34,644 nucleotides of DNA from a bacterium (GTDB taxonomy: Bacteria > JAMCPX01). The stretch is from positions 1-34,644 of the forward strand of contig JAJYJX010000001.1 of the NCBI GenBank assembly GCA_021789095.1, in the 5' to 3' direction. The number at the start of each line of letters is the position of its first letter. Within the stretch, counting starts at the first letter, position 1. The position numbers were made by a program, and so were the translations under genes. This document shows positions 16,929-25,445 of this stretch, in pieces. Under the pieces are notes generated by a model. That model was not told where the DNA came from, searched no databases, and saw nothing but the letters and a program-made list of their open reading frames with translations.

Positions 16929-18284
16929 ATGTATCAGGCAATGGTATTTTTACTTATTGTTATACTGTTTTTATTCGGTTACCTTTCACTGTTCAACGGA
17001 AAAGAGATGGAACTCTTTCTGTCGAGGACAACATCCATACACACAACGGCATCTGCAGTAGTGATAGCCTCCTTCATTCTCGGCATGCTTCTTATGGCCA
17101 TCGTGAGCCTTGTCAGGGAGGCAAGCAGGATTTACAGGGAATGGCAGAAAAAAGGCCGGATAAGCAGGGAAACCCTCAGTGCCTCTCTGGTTGAAAAGGG
17201 TAATTTCGAGATACTCAAGGGTAATGCAGAAAAGGCCAGGGCATATTACATCGACGCCATTAACAAAAATCCTTCGGATATGAACGCGCATATAAAGCTG
17301 TCGGAGTGCTATACCTTGCTTAAGGATAATCAGAATGCCCTGAAGACGCTGCTGAAGATAAAATATCTTGATCCCGAGAATATACCGCTCCTGCTTGCAA
17401 TGGAGAGGATATATTCCCTGACGAACGATGTAAACAGCATGATAGATATCTCGAAAAAGCTCGTAAGCATTGATGAGAACAACTACAGGTTCCTGACCTT
17501 GTTACGGGATGCGTACATTGCAGCGGAAAAACCCGAAGAGGCTTACAGGACACACAAGATTATCATGAAGCTTATGAAGGGTGAAGAAGGGTATCAGCCA
17601 GAAAGGAACAGGCTGGGCGAACTCAAGTATGATTATGCCATATCGATCCTCAAGAGCGGCGATGTTGATCTGGCATTAAAAAAGCTCGGCGATGTAAAAA
17701 AACTCAACCCCGGGTTTGTTCCTGCATATGTTACTTCAGGGGATATCTATGTTAACAATAAGAGTGATACTGATAAGGCCATAGGGGAATGGGAAGACGG
17801 ATATGCGATGACGCACAACGCGGTATTCCTGATAAAAATGGAAGACGAGTATCTCAAACATGATAATCCTTTTGAGCTTATAAGATTTTACAGAAGGCTT
17901 TTATCGGATAAACCGGACGATACCCTTGCACGTATTTTGTTTGCAAAACTTATGCTCAGACTGGAAATGATAGATGACGCCTATGAACAGATCGCTTACC
18001 TTGACAACAGGTGGATACATATCCCGTCAACGGATATCATATCTGCCGAACTCATGGCCAAGAGGGGCGATTATGTATCAGCATACAAAAAGCTCAAGTC
18101 TATGCAGTTAAGCGGCATACAGGCAAAGTTCCCGTATATATGTTCTTACTGCGGGCAGGAAACCTTTACGTGGACTCCGAAATGTCCGGTATGCAGGACA
18201 GCAAACAGTCTTTCCATCAAAACCTCCAGGGAGCTGGAGGCCCTTAAGGCATCCCAGCCGAAGAACAGCACTCTGAGCATATAA
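16929..18284 (+). CDS. lapB: LapB/YciM-like TPR protein with C-terminal rubredoxin-type zinc finger and an N-terminal LapA/YciS-like two-helix membrane module
   Basis: Residues 1-75 form two TM helices that resemble LapA/DUF1049. TPR repeats follow. The C-terminus CSYCGQETFTWTPKCPVCR matches the LapB C-x2-C...C-P-x-C pattern. Confidence 0.65.
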   Translation: MYQAMVFLLIVILFLFGYLSLFNGKEMELFLSRTTSIHTTASAVVIASFILGMLLMAIVSLVREASRIYREWQKKGRISRETLSASLVEKGNFEILKGNAEKARAYYIDAINKNPSDMNAHIKLSECYTLLKDNQNALKTLLKIKYLDPENIPLLLAMERIYSLTNDVNSMIDISKKLVSIDENNYRFLTLLRDAYIAAEKPEEAYRTHKIIMKLMKGEEGYQPERNRLGELKYDYAISILKSGDVDLALKKLGDVKKLNPGFVPAYVTSGDIYVNNKSDTDKAIGEWEDGYAMTHNAVFLIKMEDEYLKHDNPFELIRFYRRLLSDKPDDTLARILFAKLMLRLEMIDDAYEQIAYLDNRWIHIPSTDIISAELMAKRGDYVSAYKKLKSMQLSGIQAKFPYICSYCGQETFTWTPKCPVCRTANSLSIKTSRELEALKASQPKNSTLSI

Positions 18285-18300
18285 TACCATAAACTGTGAT

Positions 18301-18522
18301 ATGTCTAGTCTCTACTGCTCAATCTGCGGCAGGCCGGTTTATCCTACGGTTCATTTTAAAGACCACTATACTGTTGATTATTATGTTGAGGTCACGGGCG
18401 ATACGGAGCAGGCAACCATTACGAGCAATGAGCAGGACAAGCCCGATACGATTTATTTAAAATTACTGGCACCGAAAGAAATAGTTACCTGTGCCGACTG
18501 CAGGAAAAAATCCTTAAAATAA
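18301..18522 (+). CDS. Hypothetical small zinc-ribbon protein
   Basis: It is 73 aa with CSICG near the N-terminus and CADC near the C-terminus. There is no clear RBS and I recognise no family. Confidence 0.35.
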   Translation: MSSLYCSICGRPVYPTVHFKDHYTVDYYVEVTGDTEQATITSNEQDKPDTIYLKLLAPKEIVTCADCRKKSLK

Positions 18523-18524
18523 TT

Positions 18525-18552
18525 TTGACAAACACATTGAAATAGTTATATG
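18525..18552 (+). promoter_or_regulatory. Sigma70-type promoter for the outer-membrane protein gene
   Basis: TTGACA (18525-18530), a 16-nt spacer and TATATG (18547-18552) are followed by the strong RBS AAAGGAGG (18568-18575) and ATG 18583. Confidence 0.4.
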
Positions 18553-18582
18553 AGTAAACAAAACCTTTAAAGGAGGAAAATT

Positions 18583-19233
18583 ATGAAAAGAGTAAGCATA
18601 AGTTTGATTGCATCATTGCTCGTTCTTGGTTTAACGATTTCGGCAAACGCAGGGTATGCCGGTGGACAAAGTGATCCACCGCAGAGAGGGCAAACATACC
18701 AGATGAGGCAGACAAGTAATGAGGGTACCTCTATGTGGAACCTCAAGATAGGTGTAGGATTTAACGAACAGATATACGCTGTCCCGGCTGTTCCGGTGGC
18801 ACTTCCCTTTACAGCACAGGCAACTGCTCCAGCCGATGTCTCTTTAAGAGTACTTGTAGGGCCTATTGGTGGAGAGTTTGATATTGGAGGAAACCAGTAT
18901 GCTATCAGAGGTATTGGTGATGTTAATGTGTTTGATGTTGGTATGAAGGCATTTTATGCCATTATCTCCAAGCCTTATGTACATTTCAATGGGGGAATGT
19001 CATTGAACTACAGCGATGTGGACGTGAAAGGCTATGGAGTACTGATAGGAACAGGCGTTAATTTCTTTGCAGGGCCGGAGTTTTTTATTCCGCAGATACC
19101 TGAACTTGGATTCAATATAGAGGTAGGACTTGGGTATCAATCATACTCATACAGCGGAGATCACTTTGCAGGCGATAACCTTGGTTTCAACGCCGCCGAC
19201 TTTCTGCAGGCAGGCATACACTATTACTTTTAA
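18583..19233 (+). CDS. Small outer-membrane beta-barrel protein (OmpW/OprF-N-like porin family, unassigned)
   Basis: It has the signal peptide MKRVSISLIASLLVLGLTISANA, alternating hydrophobic beta-strand patterns rich in G, Y and F, and a C-terminal aromatic signature ...GIHYYF. Confidence 0.65.
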   Translation: MKRVSISLIASLLVLGLTISANAGYAGGQSDPPQRGQTYQMRQTSNEGTSMWNLKIGVGFNEQIYAVPAVPVALPFTAQATAPADVSLRVLVGPIGGEFDIGGNQYAIRGIGDVNVFDVGMKAFYAIISKPYVHFNGGMSLNYSDVDVKGYGVLIGTGVNFFAGPEFFIPQIPELGFNIEVGLGYQSYSYSGDHFAGDNLGFNAADFLQAGIHYYF

Positions 19234-19291
19234 GGGATAGCGCATTGTAGAAGCATGGCATGCCATGCTTCTACCGGAGATTTCACGTCAA

Positions 19292-19318
19292 AGGGCGGGG
19301 TATACCCCCGCCCTTTTT
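19292..19318 (+). terminator. Rho-independent terminator of the OMP gene
   Basis: AGGGCGGGG (19292-19300) pairs with CCCCGCCCT (19306-19314) around loop TATAC, and the stem runs into TTTTT (19314-19318). Confidence 0.75.
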
Positions 19319-19373
19319 GTATCACAATGTTTAATGCAGTTTATTGCAAATAAGGATTTTTTAAGCTATCCAG

Positions 19374-21632
19374 ATGTTCATGAAGCAGATTCTTTTGTAT
19401 ATAATGCCTTATTCAGATTATGTTCAGAAAGTACTTGCAAACTACAACGGCAGAATAACGGACATTGGTACCCAGATCATGTGGGGAGCTGTTTTGTTTT
19501 TAGCACTGATATTATCTATTTTTCACTTAATACGCAAGAAAAGAGAACCGGCTTCAGAACCAAATGCTCTGTCTCTGGCAATGAAAGCAGGCAGGCTTTC
19601 GAAGATCGGCGACTACCTAAATGCAGCAAAACTCTATGAAAGGTCGGGCAATCTCCAGCTTGCCGCAGATGCATACTATAAGGCAGGAATAGTTTACTAC
19701 GCTGCACAGCTTTACAAGAGGCTCGGTATTAAAGAAAAGCAGGCCTCTGCATTTGAACAGATAGGTTTTCATAAAGAGGCAGGTGAACTGTACAGGGAAT
19801 TGTCTATGTACAAACAGGCAGGGGAGAATCTGTTAAAAGCCGGAGAACTGTTGAAGGCCGCAAATATGCTTGAAACAACAGGGGAGGCAGAAAAGGCTGC
19901 CGATACTTATATGGCTGCAGGGTTCAACCTTCGTGCAGGAGAACTCTATACAAAGCTGGGAGACAAATCCAAGATTGCAGCCGCGTATGAGGCATCGGTT
20001 GTTATTCCGAAAGGGGATACAGTGCCGAGGGCAATAACGAATTATGCTATGAGGGCAATCCCCGCTTATATTGCCGCAGGCAATATGCAAAAAGCAGCAG
20101 AAGTTGCAGAAAGGGCCAGTTTAAAAAAGTATGCAGCAGAACTTTATTGCAAGTTGGAAAACTGGACAAAGGCAAGCGAACTTTACCTTTCGGAAGGTGA
20201 CAAAAAATCAGCAGCGGATGTTATGGAAAAGGCCGGATGGCACGAACAGGCTGCACTTGTGAGGGCATCTTACTATGAAGAAAGCGGCATGAAACGTGAA
20301 GCAATACAGCTATACGAGAAGACGGGCAGGCTGGATGATGCTGCGAGACTTTACGATTCAATAGGCGAGAAGGCAAAAGCAGCAGAGTTATACGCGACGG
20401 CTGGCAAAACCATTGTTTCCGCATCTATATTCAAGGAAATAGGTTACATAGACAAGGCCCTGTCAATCCTGGAATCGGCCGGTGAGGCTGATAAGCAGAC
20501 AGATGAAGCAAGGGTATTAAAGCTTGATCTGCTGATGGAAAAGGGCATGTACAAAGAGGCAAGGTCTATTATTGAACAGATGCTTTCAGGCACTTCTCCG
20601 GCAGCATCGAACATGCATCTCTATTACAGGCTCGGCGGTATATACGAGGAAGAAGGCAAGGCAAAGGACGCAGTGGGTATCTATAATAAGATTGTGAAGC
20701 TTGATCCTGATTACATGGGTGTGAAAGAGCGCATCGAGAGACTGAAGCGTATTACAGAAACAGCGTCTCCGTCTGTTATTGACCAGTATGCCCAGACCGT
20801 ACTTCTTTCCGATAAAGGCGAAGGCATACTTTCAAAGCGCTACAAACTTATTGAGGAACTGGGCAGGGGGGGTATGGGTATAGTTATAAAAGCGCAGGAC
20901 ATAGTTCTTGGAAGGACCGTAGCCATCAAGATCATGTCAACAGGCGGTGCATCGGATCCCAAGCGTATAGATGCCTTTATAAGGGAAGCAAGGACATCGG
21001 CGTCCCTTAATCATCCGAACATTGTAACTGTTTACGATGTAGGCGAAGACAGGGGCGCATTTTACATAGTAATGGAGTTTGTAGAGGGCAAGGTCGTGAA
21101 GAAGTTCCTTGAGGAGTATCATGACGGGATACCGATACAGCTTGCAATATTTATAGCTGTACAGATGCTGAAGGGCTTGGCGTATGCGCATGAGAAGGGT
21201 ATAATCCACAGGGATATAAAGCCGTCGAATATCATGTGGACGCCAAAAAGGGTTGCAAAGCTTATGGATTTCGGCCTGGCAAAGGCGATGGAAGAGATAA
21301 AGCACGGTGAGACCATTGTTGGCGGTACGCCGCTTTACATGTCGCCCGAACAGATACTCGGGGAAAAAACGGATGCAAGGACGGACATATATTCGTTCGG
21401 GTGTACCCTTTATGAATTGCTCACGGGCAAGCCGCCTTTTGCACAGGGAGATATAGGTTATCATCATATTCATACCAATCCACCCCCCCTGGGCGATGTA
21501 AATGCCCAGGTGCCAGGCTGGCTGTCTGATATTACAATAAAATGCCTTAACAAATTGCCACAGCATAGATACCAGTCCGTAGAGCAGTTGTTTAATGACA
21601 TACAGAAGGGCTATAAGGGCATGAAAGGGTAA
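19374..21632 (+). CDS. Membrane-anchored Hanks-type Ser/Thr protein kinase with N-terminal helical-repeat/TPR array (kinase domain C-terminal)
   Basis: It has one TM helix (WGAVLFLALILSIFHLI followed by RKKRE), about 430 aa of A/K/Y/G-rich helical repeats and one clear TPR. The kinase motifs are LGRGGMGIV, VAIKIM, HRDIKPSNIM, DFGLAK and GTPLYMSPEQ. Confidence 0.85.
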   Translation: MFMKQILLYIMPYSDYVQKVLANYNGRITDIGTQIMWGAVLFLALILSIFHLIRKKREPASEPNALSLAMKAGRLSKIGDYLNAAKLYERSGNLQLAADAYYKAGIVYYAAQLYKRLGIKEKQASAFEQIGFHKEAGELYRELSMYKQAGENLLKAGELLKAANMLETTGEAEKAADTYMAAGFNLRAGELYTKLGDKSKIAAAYEASVVIPKGDTVPRAITNYAMRAIPAYIAAGNMQKAAEVAERASLKKYAAELYCKLENWTKASELYLSEGDKKSAADVMEKAGWHEQAALVRASYYEESGMKREAIQLYEKTGRLDDAARLYDSIGEKAKAAELYATAGKTIVSASIFKEIGYIDKALSILESAGEADKQTDEARVLKLDLLMEKGMYKEARSIIEQMLSGTSPAASNMHLYYRLGGIYEEEGKAKDAVGIYNKIVKLDPDYMGVKERIERLKRITETASPSVIDQYAQTVLLSDKGEGILSKRYKLIEELGRGGMGIVIKAQDIVLGRTVAIKIMSTGGASDPKRIDAFIREARTSASLNHPNIVTVYDVGEDRGAFYIVMEFVEGKVVKKFLEEYHDGIPIQLAIFIAVQMLKGLAYAHEKGIIHRDIKPSNIMWTPKRVAKLMDFGLAKAMEEIKHGETIVGGTPLYMSPEQILGEKTDARTDIYSFGCTLYELLTGKPPFAQGDIGYHHIHTNPPPLGDVNAQVPGWLSDITIKCLNKLPQHRYQSVEQLFNDIQKGYKGMKG

Positions 21633-21732
21633 AAGAGGGGTATAGGAGCAGGGAATAAAGGGATTAAAATTCAATATTCAAAGAATTAATCCGGAACCAA
21701 TTCAACTATTGCATTTTCAAAATTAATACTTT

Positions 21733-22344
21733 ATGACGCAAATGATATTTGTTGCAACAAACAATCTTGCCAAGTTTGAAGAGATCAAAGATATAATGAG
21801 CAGGTACGGGGTCACTGCACAAATGCCCGGTATGGAAATAGATGTCAACGAGGGCACTGTATCTTACGAGGACAATGCAAGGAAGAAGGCATTGTATCTG
21901 ACTTCAACACTCGGCAGTGACGCCATGGGAGAGGATTCAGGCATAGAAGTGCCTGCACTCGGCGGGTTCCCGGGCGTAATATCGGCCAGGTTTGTACAGG
22001 GTGCTGATAGGAACAGGAATGCGGCATTGCTTGACAGGATGAAACAGCTTGCACCTGCTGAAAGAAAGGCTGTTTTCAAGGCTTATGCAGTAATAGCCCT
22101 TGCAGATGGCACATGCCTTGCAGGATACGGGGAGTTAACCGGAAAGATAATCGAAAAACCCGCTGGTGAGAACGGGTTCGGCTATGACCCCATCTTTGTT
22201 CCTGACGGTTATGATAAGACCCTTGCACAGATGTCTCCCGAGGAAAAGAATAACATAAGTCACAGGAGGAAGGCGATAGAGGCTGTTATCGAGAAGTATA
22301 CGGCTTATCTTAAAATCTCCCCTCCCTCGATGGGAGGGGAATAA
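21733..22344 (+). CDS. rdgB: Non-canonical purine NTP pyrophosphatase (RdgB/HAM1 family)
   Basis: It has IFVATNNLAKFEEI, GEDSGIEVPALGGFPGV and GFGYDPIF...ISHRRKA motifs. Confidence 0.9.
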   Translation: MTQMIFVATNNLAKFEEIKDIMSRYGVTAQMPGMEIDVNEGTVSYEDNARKKALYLTSTLGSDAMGEDSGIEVPALGGFPGVISARFVQGADRNRNAALLDRMKQLAPAERKAVFKAYAVIALADGTCLAGYGELTGKIIEKPAGENGFGYDPIFVPDGYDKTLAQMSPEEKNNISHRRKAIEAVIEKYTAYLKISPPSMGGE

Positions 22345-22410
22345 AGGGGAGAGTGAAAACAGCATTTTTCCTCACCCCCACCCCCACTCTCCCCCCAGTC
22401 AAGGGGGGAG
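22318..22410. repeat. G/C-tract-rich palindromic intergenic element (three hairpins)
   Basis: TCCCCTCCC (22318-22326) pairs with GGGAGGGGA (22332-22340). GGGGAGAGTG (22346-22355) pairs with CACTCTCCCC (22385-22394). CTCCCCCC (22389-22396) pairs with GGGGGGAG (22403-22410). A C-run lies at 22371-22396. Confidence 0.45.
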
Positions 22411-22464
22411 GGACACGGGATGCCTTTCTGCAGCTTGTTGCGGGAAATTACACATTACAATAAG

Positions 22465-23685
22465 ATGAAATCTACCAATGATAAAATAAAAGTTTTAAGG
22501 ATCATTGCAAGGCTGAACATAGGCGGTCCTGCAATCCATACAATCCTTTTAACCCATTATCTCAATACCGATATACAAACGAGGCTTGTAGTCGGAGAGG
22601 TATCAGAGGGCGAGGAGAGCATGGATTATCTCCTGGATCAGTACGATGTCAGACCAGTGTATATCAATACGCTCAAAAGGGAGCTTTCTTTTATCGGGGA
22701 TATCAGGTCTGTATTTTCCGTTTACAGGATTATACGGGAGTTCAAACCCGATATTGTCCACACGCATACCGCAAAAGCGGGTGCAATAGGAAGGTCAGCC
22801 GGTATTTTGTATAACCTGTCTCATTTCGGGTCAAGGCAAAACAGGGTGAGGTTTGTCCATTCGTTCCACGGGCATGTATTCAGCGGTTATTTTAACAGAT
22901 TCACGACCTTTGTATTCATTATGATAGAAAAAGTGCTTGCAATGTTTACTGACAGGATTATAGCCGTCAGCGATGCATTAAAGAAAGAGCTTGTTTATAA
23001 ATATAAAATAGCACCTGATAAAAAGATAAAGGTGATATACAACGGCTACGATCTCGAACCCTTTTTAAAGGTCAATAATGCCGGCAGCAAGGCCACAGGC
23101 CGAGCAGGTGCAGGATCAGTGGAGACTGTCATAACAACTGTCGGAAGGCTGGTACCCATAAAAGGTCACAAGTACCTTATACATGCGTTTAGCAGGCTTA
23201 AAATATCTGCCAGGCTTGTTATTGCAGGGGACGGCATATTAAAAGATGAACTGCAGGCATTATCCGAGAAACTGGGCTTGTCCGGCAGGATAAGTTTCCA
23301 GGGCTACAGGAAGGACATTATTTCTGTATACGAACAAACAGGAATATTTGTTTTAAGCTCGATCAATGAAGGTGCACCTGTTGCAGTAATAGAAGCCCTT
23401 GCATGTGCAAAGCCGGTTATTGCAACGGACGTAGGAGGTGTGCAGGATCTGCTGGGACAGAAGGTGAGCATTATTTCAGATACTATATACCTGTGCGAGA
23501 GGGGCATACTGGTGCCTCCTGCAGATGACGAATCAATAGCAGCTGCAATCAACTATCTTGTAAATAATCCTGAAATTGGATACTATACAGGTATGAGGGG
23601 AAGGGAATTTGTTAAAAAAAAATTTACTGTTAACAGATTGATAAAAGACATGACCCGGCTTTACACGGAGGTACTGGAACGATGA
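22465..23685 (+). CDS. Glycosyltransferase, GT4 family (GT-B fold)
   Basis: It has the N-terminal KVLRIIARLNIGGPAIHT, and the C-terminal half has an E-x7-E-like region (EGAPVAVIEALACAKPVIATDVGG). ATG 22465 is preferred over the track's ATG 22420, which lies immediately after the G/C-rich repeat element (22318-22410). Confidence 0.8.
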   Translation: MKSTNDKIKVLRIIARLNIGGPAIHTILLTHYLNTDIQTRLVVGEVSEGEESMDYLLDQYDVRPVYINTLKRELSFIGDIRSVFSVYRIIREFKPDIVHTHTAKAGAIGRSAGILYNLSHFGSRQNRVRFVHSFHGHVFSGYFNRFTTFVFIMIEKVLAMFTDRIIAVSDALKKELVYKYKIAPDKKIKVIYNGYDLEPFLKVNNAGSKATGRAGAGSVETVITTVGRLVPIKGHKYLIHAFSRLKISARLVIAGDGILKDELQALSEKLGLSGRISFQGYRKDIISVYEQTGIFVLSSINEGAPVAVIEALACAKPVIATDVGGVQDLLGQKVSIISDTIYLCERGILVPPADDESIAAAINYLVNNPEIGYYTGMRGREFVKKKFTVNRLIKDMTRLYTEVLER

Positions 23686-25442
23686 TTGTATTACTGTCGG
23701 CCGTTATAGCCTTTGTAGTTGCTGTTGTATGCGTGCCATTTATAAAGCGAATGGCAGTTCACTATGGGGTTATATCGCTGCCGAGGAACGACAGATGGCA
23801 TAAAAAGCCGGTACCGTTGCTGGGCGGCGTTGCTATTTATGCCGCTACAGTTACTGCATTTGTACTTGCAACAAACTGGGATTTTGACTCGATTGTTATA
23901 ATCCTTGCCGGAACAATGGTGTTCCTGCTTGGCATGGTGGATGATTTCAAACACCTGTCCCCGCCCGTGAAACTTGTTGTGGAGATCGTTGTTGCATCGG
24001 CAATTGTAATTGCGGGCATAAGATGGGACATCACAAGCAACACCGCTATTGATACTGTTATAACCCTGGTGTGGATTGTAGGTCTTACGAATGCATTCAA
24101 CCTCCTTGACAATATGGACGGTCTGTCTGCAGGTATCGCCATTATTACGGGCTTTTTTGTCTTTTTATGCATGTTCGGAGGTGCGCAGTCGCCTGCAACT
24201 GTTCTTTTGGCTTCGCTGGTGGGTTCGGCTGCAGGGTTCCTTGTATATAATTTTAATCCTGCGTCAATATTCATGGGTGATTCGGGCAGCCTTTTTATAG
24301 GTTTTATGCTCGGCAGTATCGTGCTTGTCCCGGAGATCAGACTTCCCTCGCAGCTTTTGCAGATAGTTATCCTGCCGGTATTTATCTTCCTTATACCGAT
24401 CTTTGATACCAGCTATGTGGTGTTTATGAGAAAGCTGTCAGGCGTAGATGCAATGAGAGGAGGCAAGGACCATACATCACACAGGCTCGTTAAAATAGGA
24501 CTGTCCGAGAGATGGGCTGTTGTAGTAATATATAGCATCGGTATATTATCCGGTATACTGGTATATCTCGGACGGTTCATGCCTGTATATGCGTATGTTG
24601 AACTGCTCTTCTTGTTTGCTATTTTGCTTATATTCCTGGGTATCTATCTGTCGAAGATCAAGGTGCATGAGGTAAACGTGCATGACAGGGGCACAGTATC
24701 CATAATAGTTAATGTAACGTACAAGCGGCGGATCTTTGAGATCATGCTGGATCTCGTTATAATATTTGTGTCCCTGTACGGTGCTTACCTGCTTAGATTC
24801 GAGGGCAGCAGTTTTCATACGAATATTATAACCCTGGTTAAGTCCCTCCCCTATATCCTGGGTATACAGATCGCATCTTTTTACATAGCGGGGGTTTATA
24901 AAGGCGTGTGGAAGTATACCGGTGCGCATGAGGTATGGGCCATTATCAAAGGTGTTGTACTTGGCGTCGTCATCAGCATGCTGACTATCCTGTTTCTATG
25001 GAGGTTCTACGAGTTTTCCAGGACGGTCTTCATCATATATGCGATATTGCTGTTCATACTCATGGGGTTGTCCAGGTACACATACAAGTCGTTTGACTAT
25101 CTCCTGAAGAAGAACAACACGAAAGAGCTCAAAAGGGTGTTGATCTACGGAGCCGGTGACAGCGGAGAATTCGCCGTAAATGAAATGCTGAACAATGAAA
25201 AGCTGGGGCTGGTCCCTGTATGCTTTATAGACGACGACGGCATGAAGCACGGGCGTTCCATTCACGGCTATCCGGTAATAGGGAGTATTGATATGCTTGA
25301 AAAAGTAATAAAGAGAAGGAATATAAATGAGGTTATTGTCTCAACGCCTAAAATAAAAGAAGAGCAATTAAACGAGGTAAAAAAGATCTGCGAACAGACA
25401 AATGTTATATTGAAAAAATTCTCGCTTAAGATAGAAGATTGA
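23682..25442 (+). CDS. WecA/MraY-family polyprenyl-phosphate sugar-1-phosphate transferase fused to a 4-TM plus Rossmann-like (CoA_binding_3-type) module
   Basis: PNPT motifs are NAFNLLDNMDGLSAG and FMGDSGSLFIGF in the first roughly 330 aa. Extra TM helices follow, then RVLIYGAGDSGEFAVNEMLNNEKLGLVPVCFIDDDGMKHGRSIHGYPVIG. Its start overlaps the GT4 stop as ATGA. Confidence 0.8.
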   Translation: MIVLLSAVIAFVVAVVCVPFIKRMAVHYGVISLPRNDRWHKKPVPLLGGVAIYAATVTAFVLATNWDFDSIVIILAGTMVFLLGMVDDFKHLSPPVKLVVEIVVASAIVIAGIRWDITSNTAIDTVITLVWIVGLTNAFNLLDNMDGLSAGIAIITGFFVFLCMFGGAQSPATVLLASLVGSAAGFLVYNFNPASIFMGDSGSLFIGFMLGSIVLVPEIRLPSQLLQIVILPVFIFLIPIFDTSYVVFMRKLSGVDAMRGGKDHTSHRLVKIGLSERWAVVVIYSIGILSGILVYLGRFMPVYAYVELLFLFAILLIFLGIYLSKIKVHEVNVHDRGTVSIIVNVTYKRRIFEIMLDLVIIFVSLYGAYLLRFEGSSFHTNIITLVKSLPYILGIQIASFYIAGVYKGVWKYTGAHEVWAIIKGVVLGVVISMLTILFLWRFYEFSRTVFIIYAILLFILMGLSRYTYKSFDYLLKKNNTKELKRVLIYGAGDSGEFAVNEMLNNEKLGLVPVCFIDDDGMKHGRSIHGYPVIGSIDMLEKVIKRRNINEVIVSTPKIKEEQLNEVKKICEQTNVILKKFSLKIED

Positions 25443-25445
25443 AGC

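Noticed and set aside
19265-19639. A 124-aa plus-strand ORF spans the terminator region and the kinase start.
   Set aside because: It reads through the palindrome and the intrinsic terminator hairpin and overlaps the kinase ORF out of frame. It has no RBS or domain.
20937-21674. A 245-aa minus-strand ORF lies opposite the kinase domain.
   Set aside because: The plus strand encodes a complete set of Hanks kinase motifs, and the antisense ORF has no domain signature or RBS.
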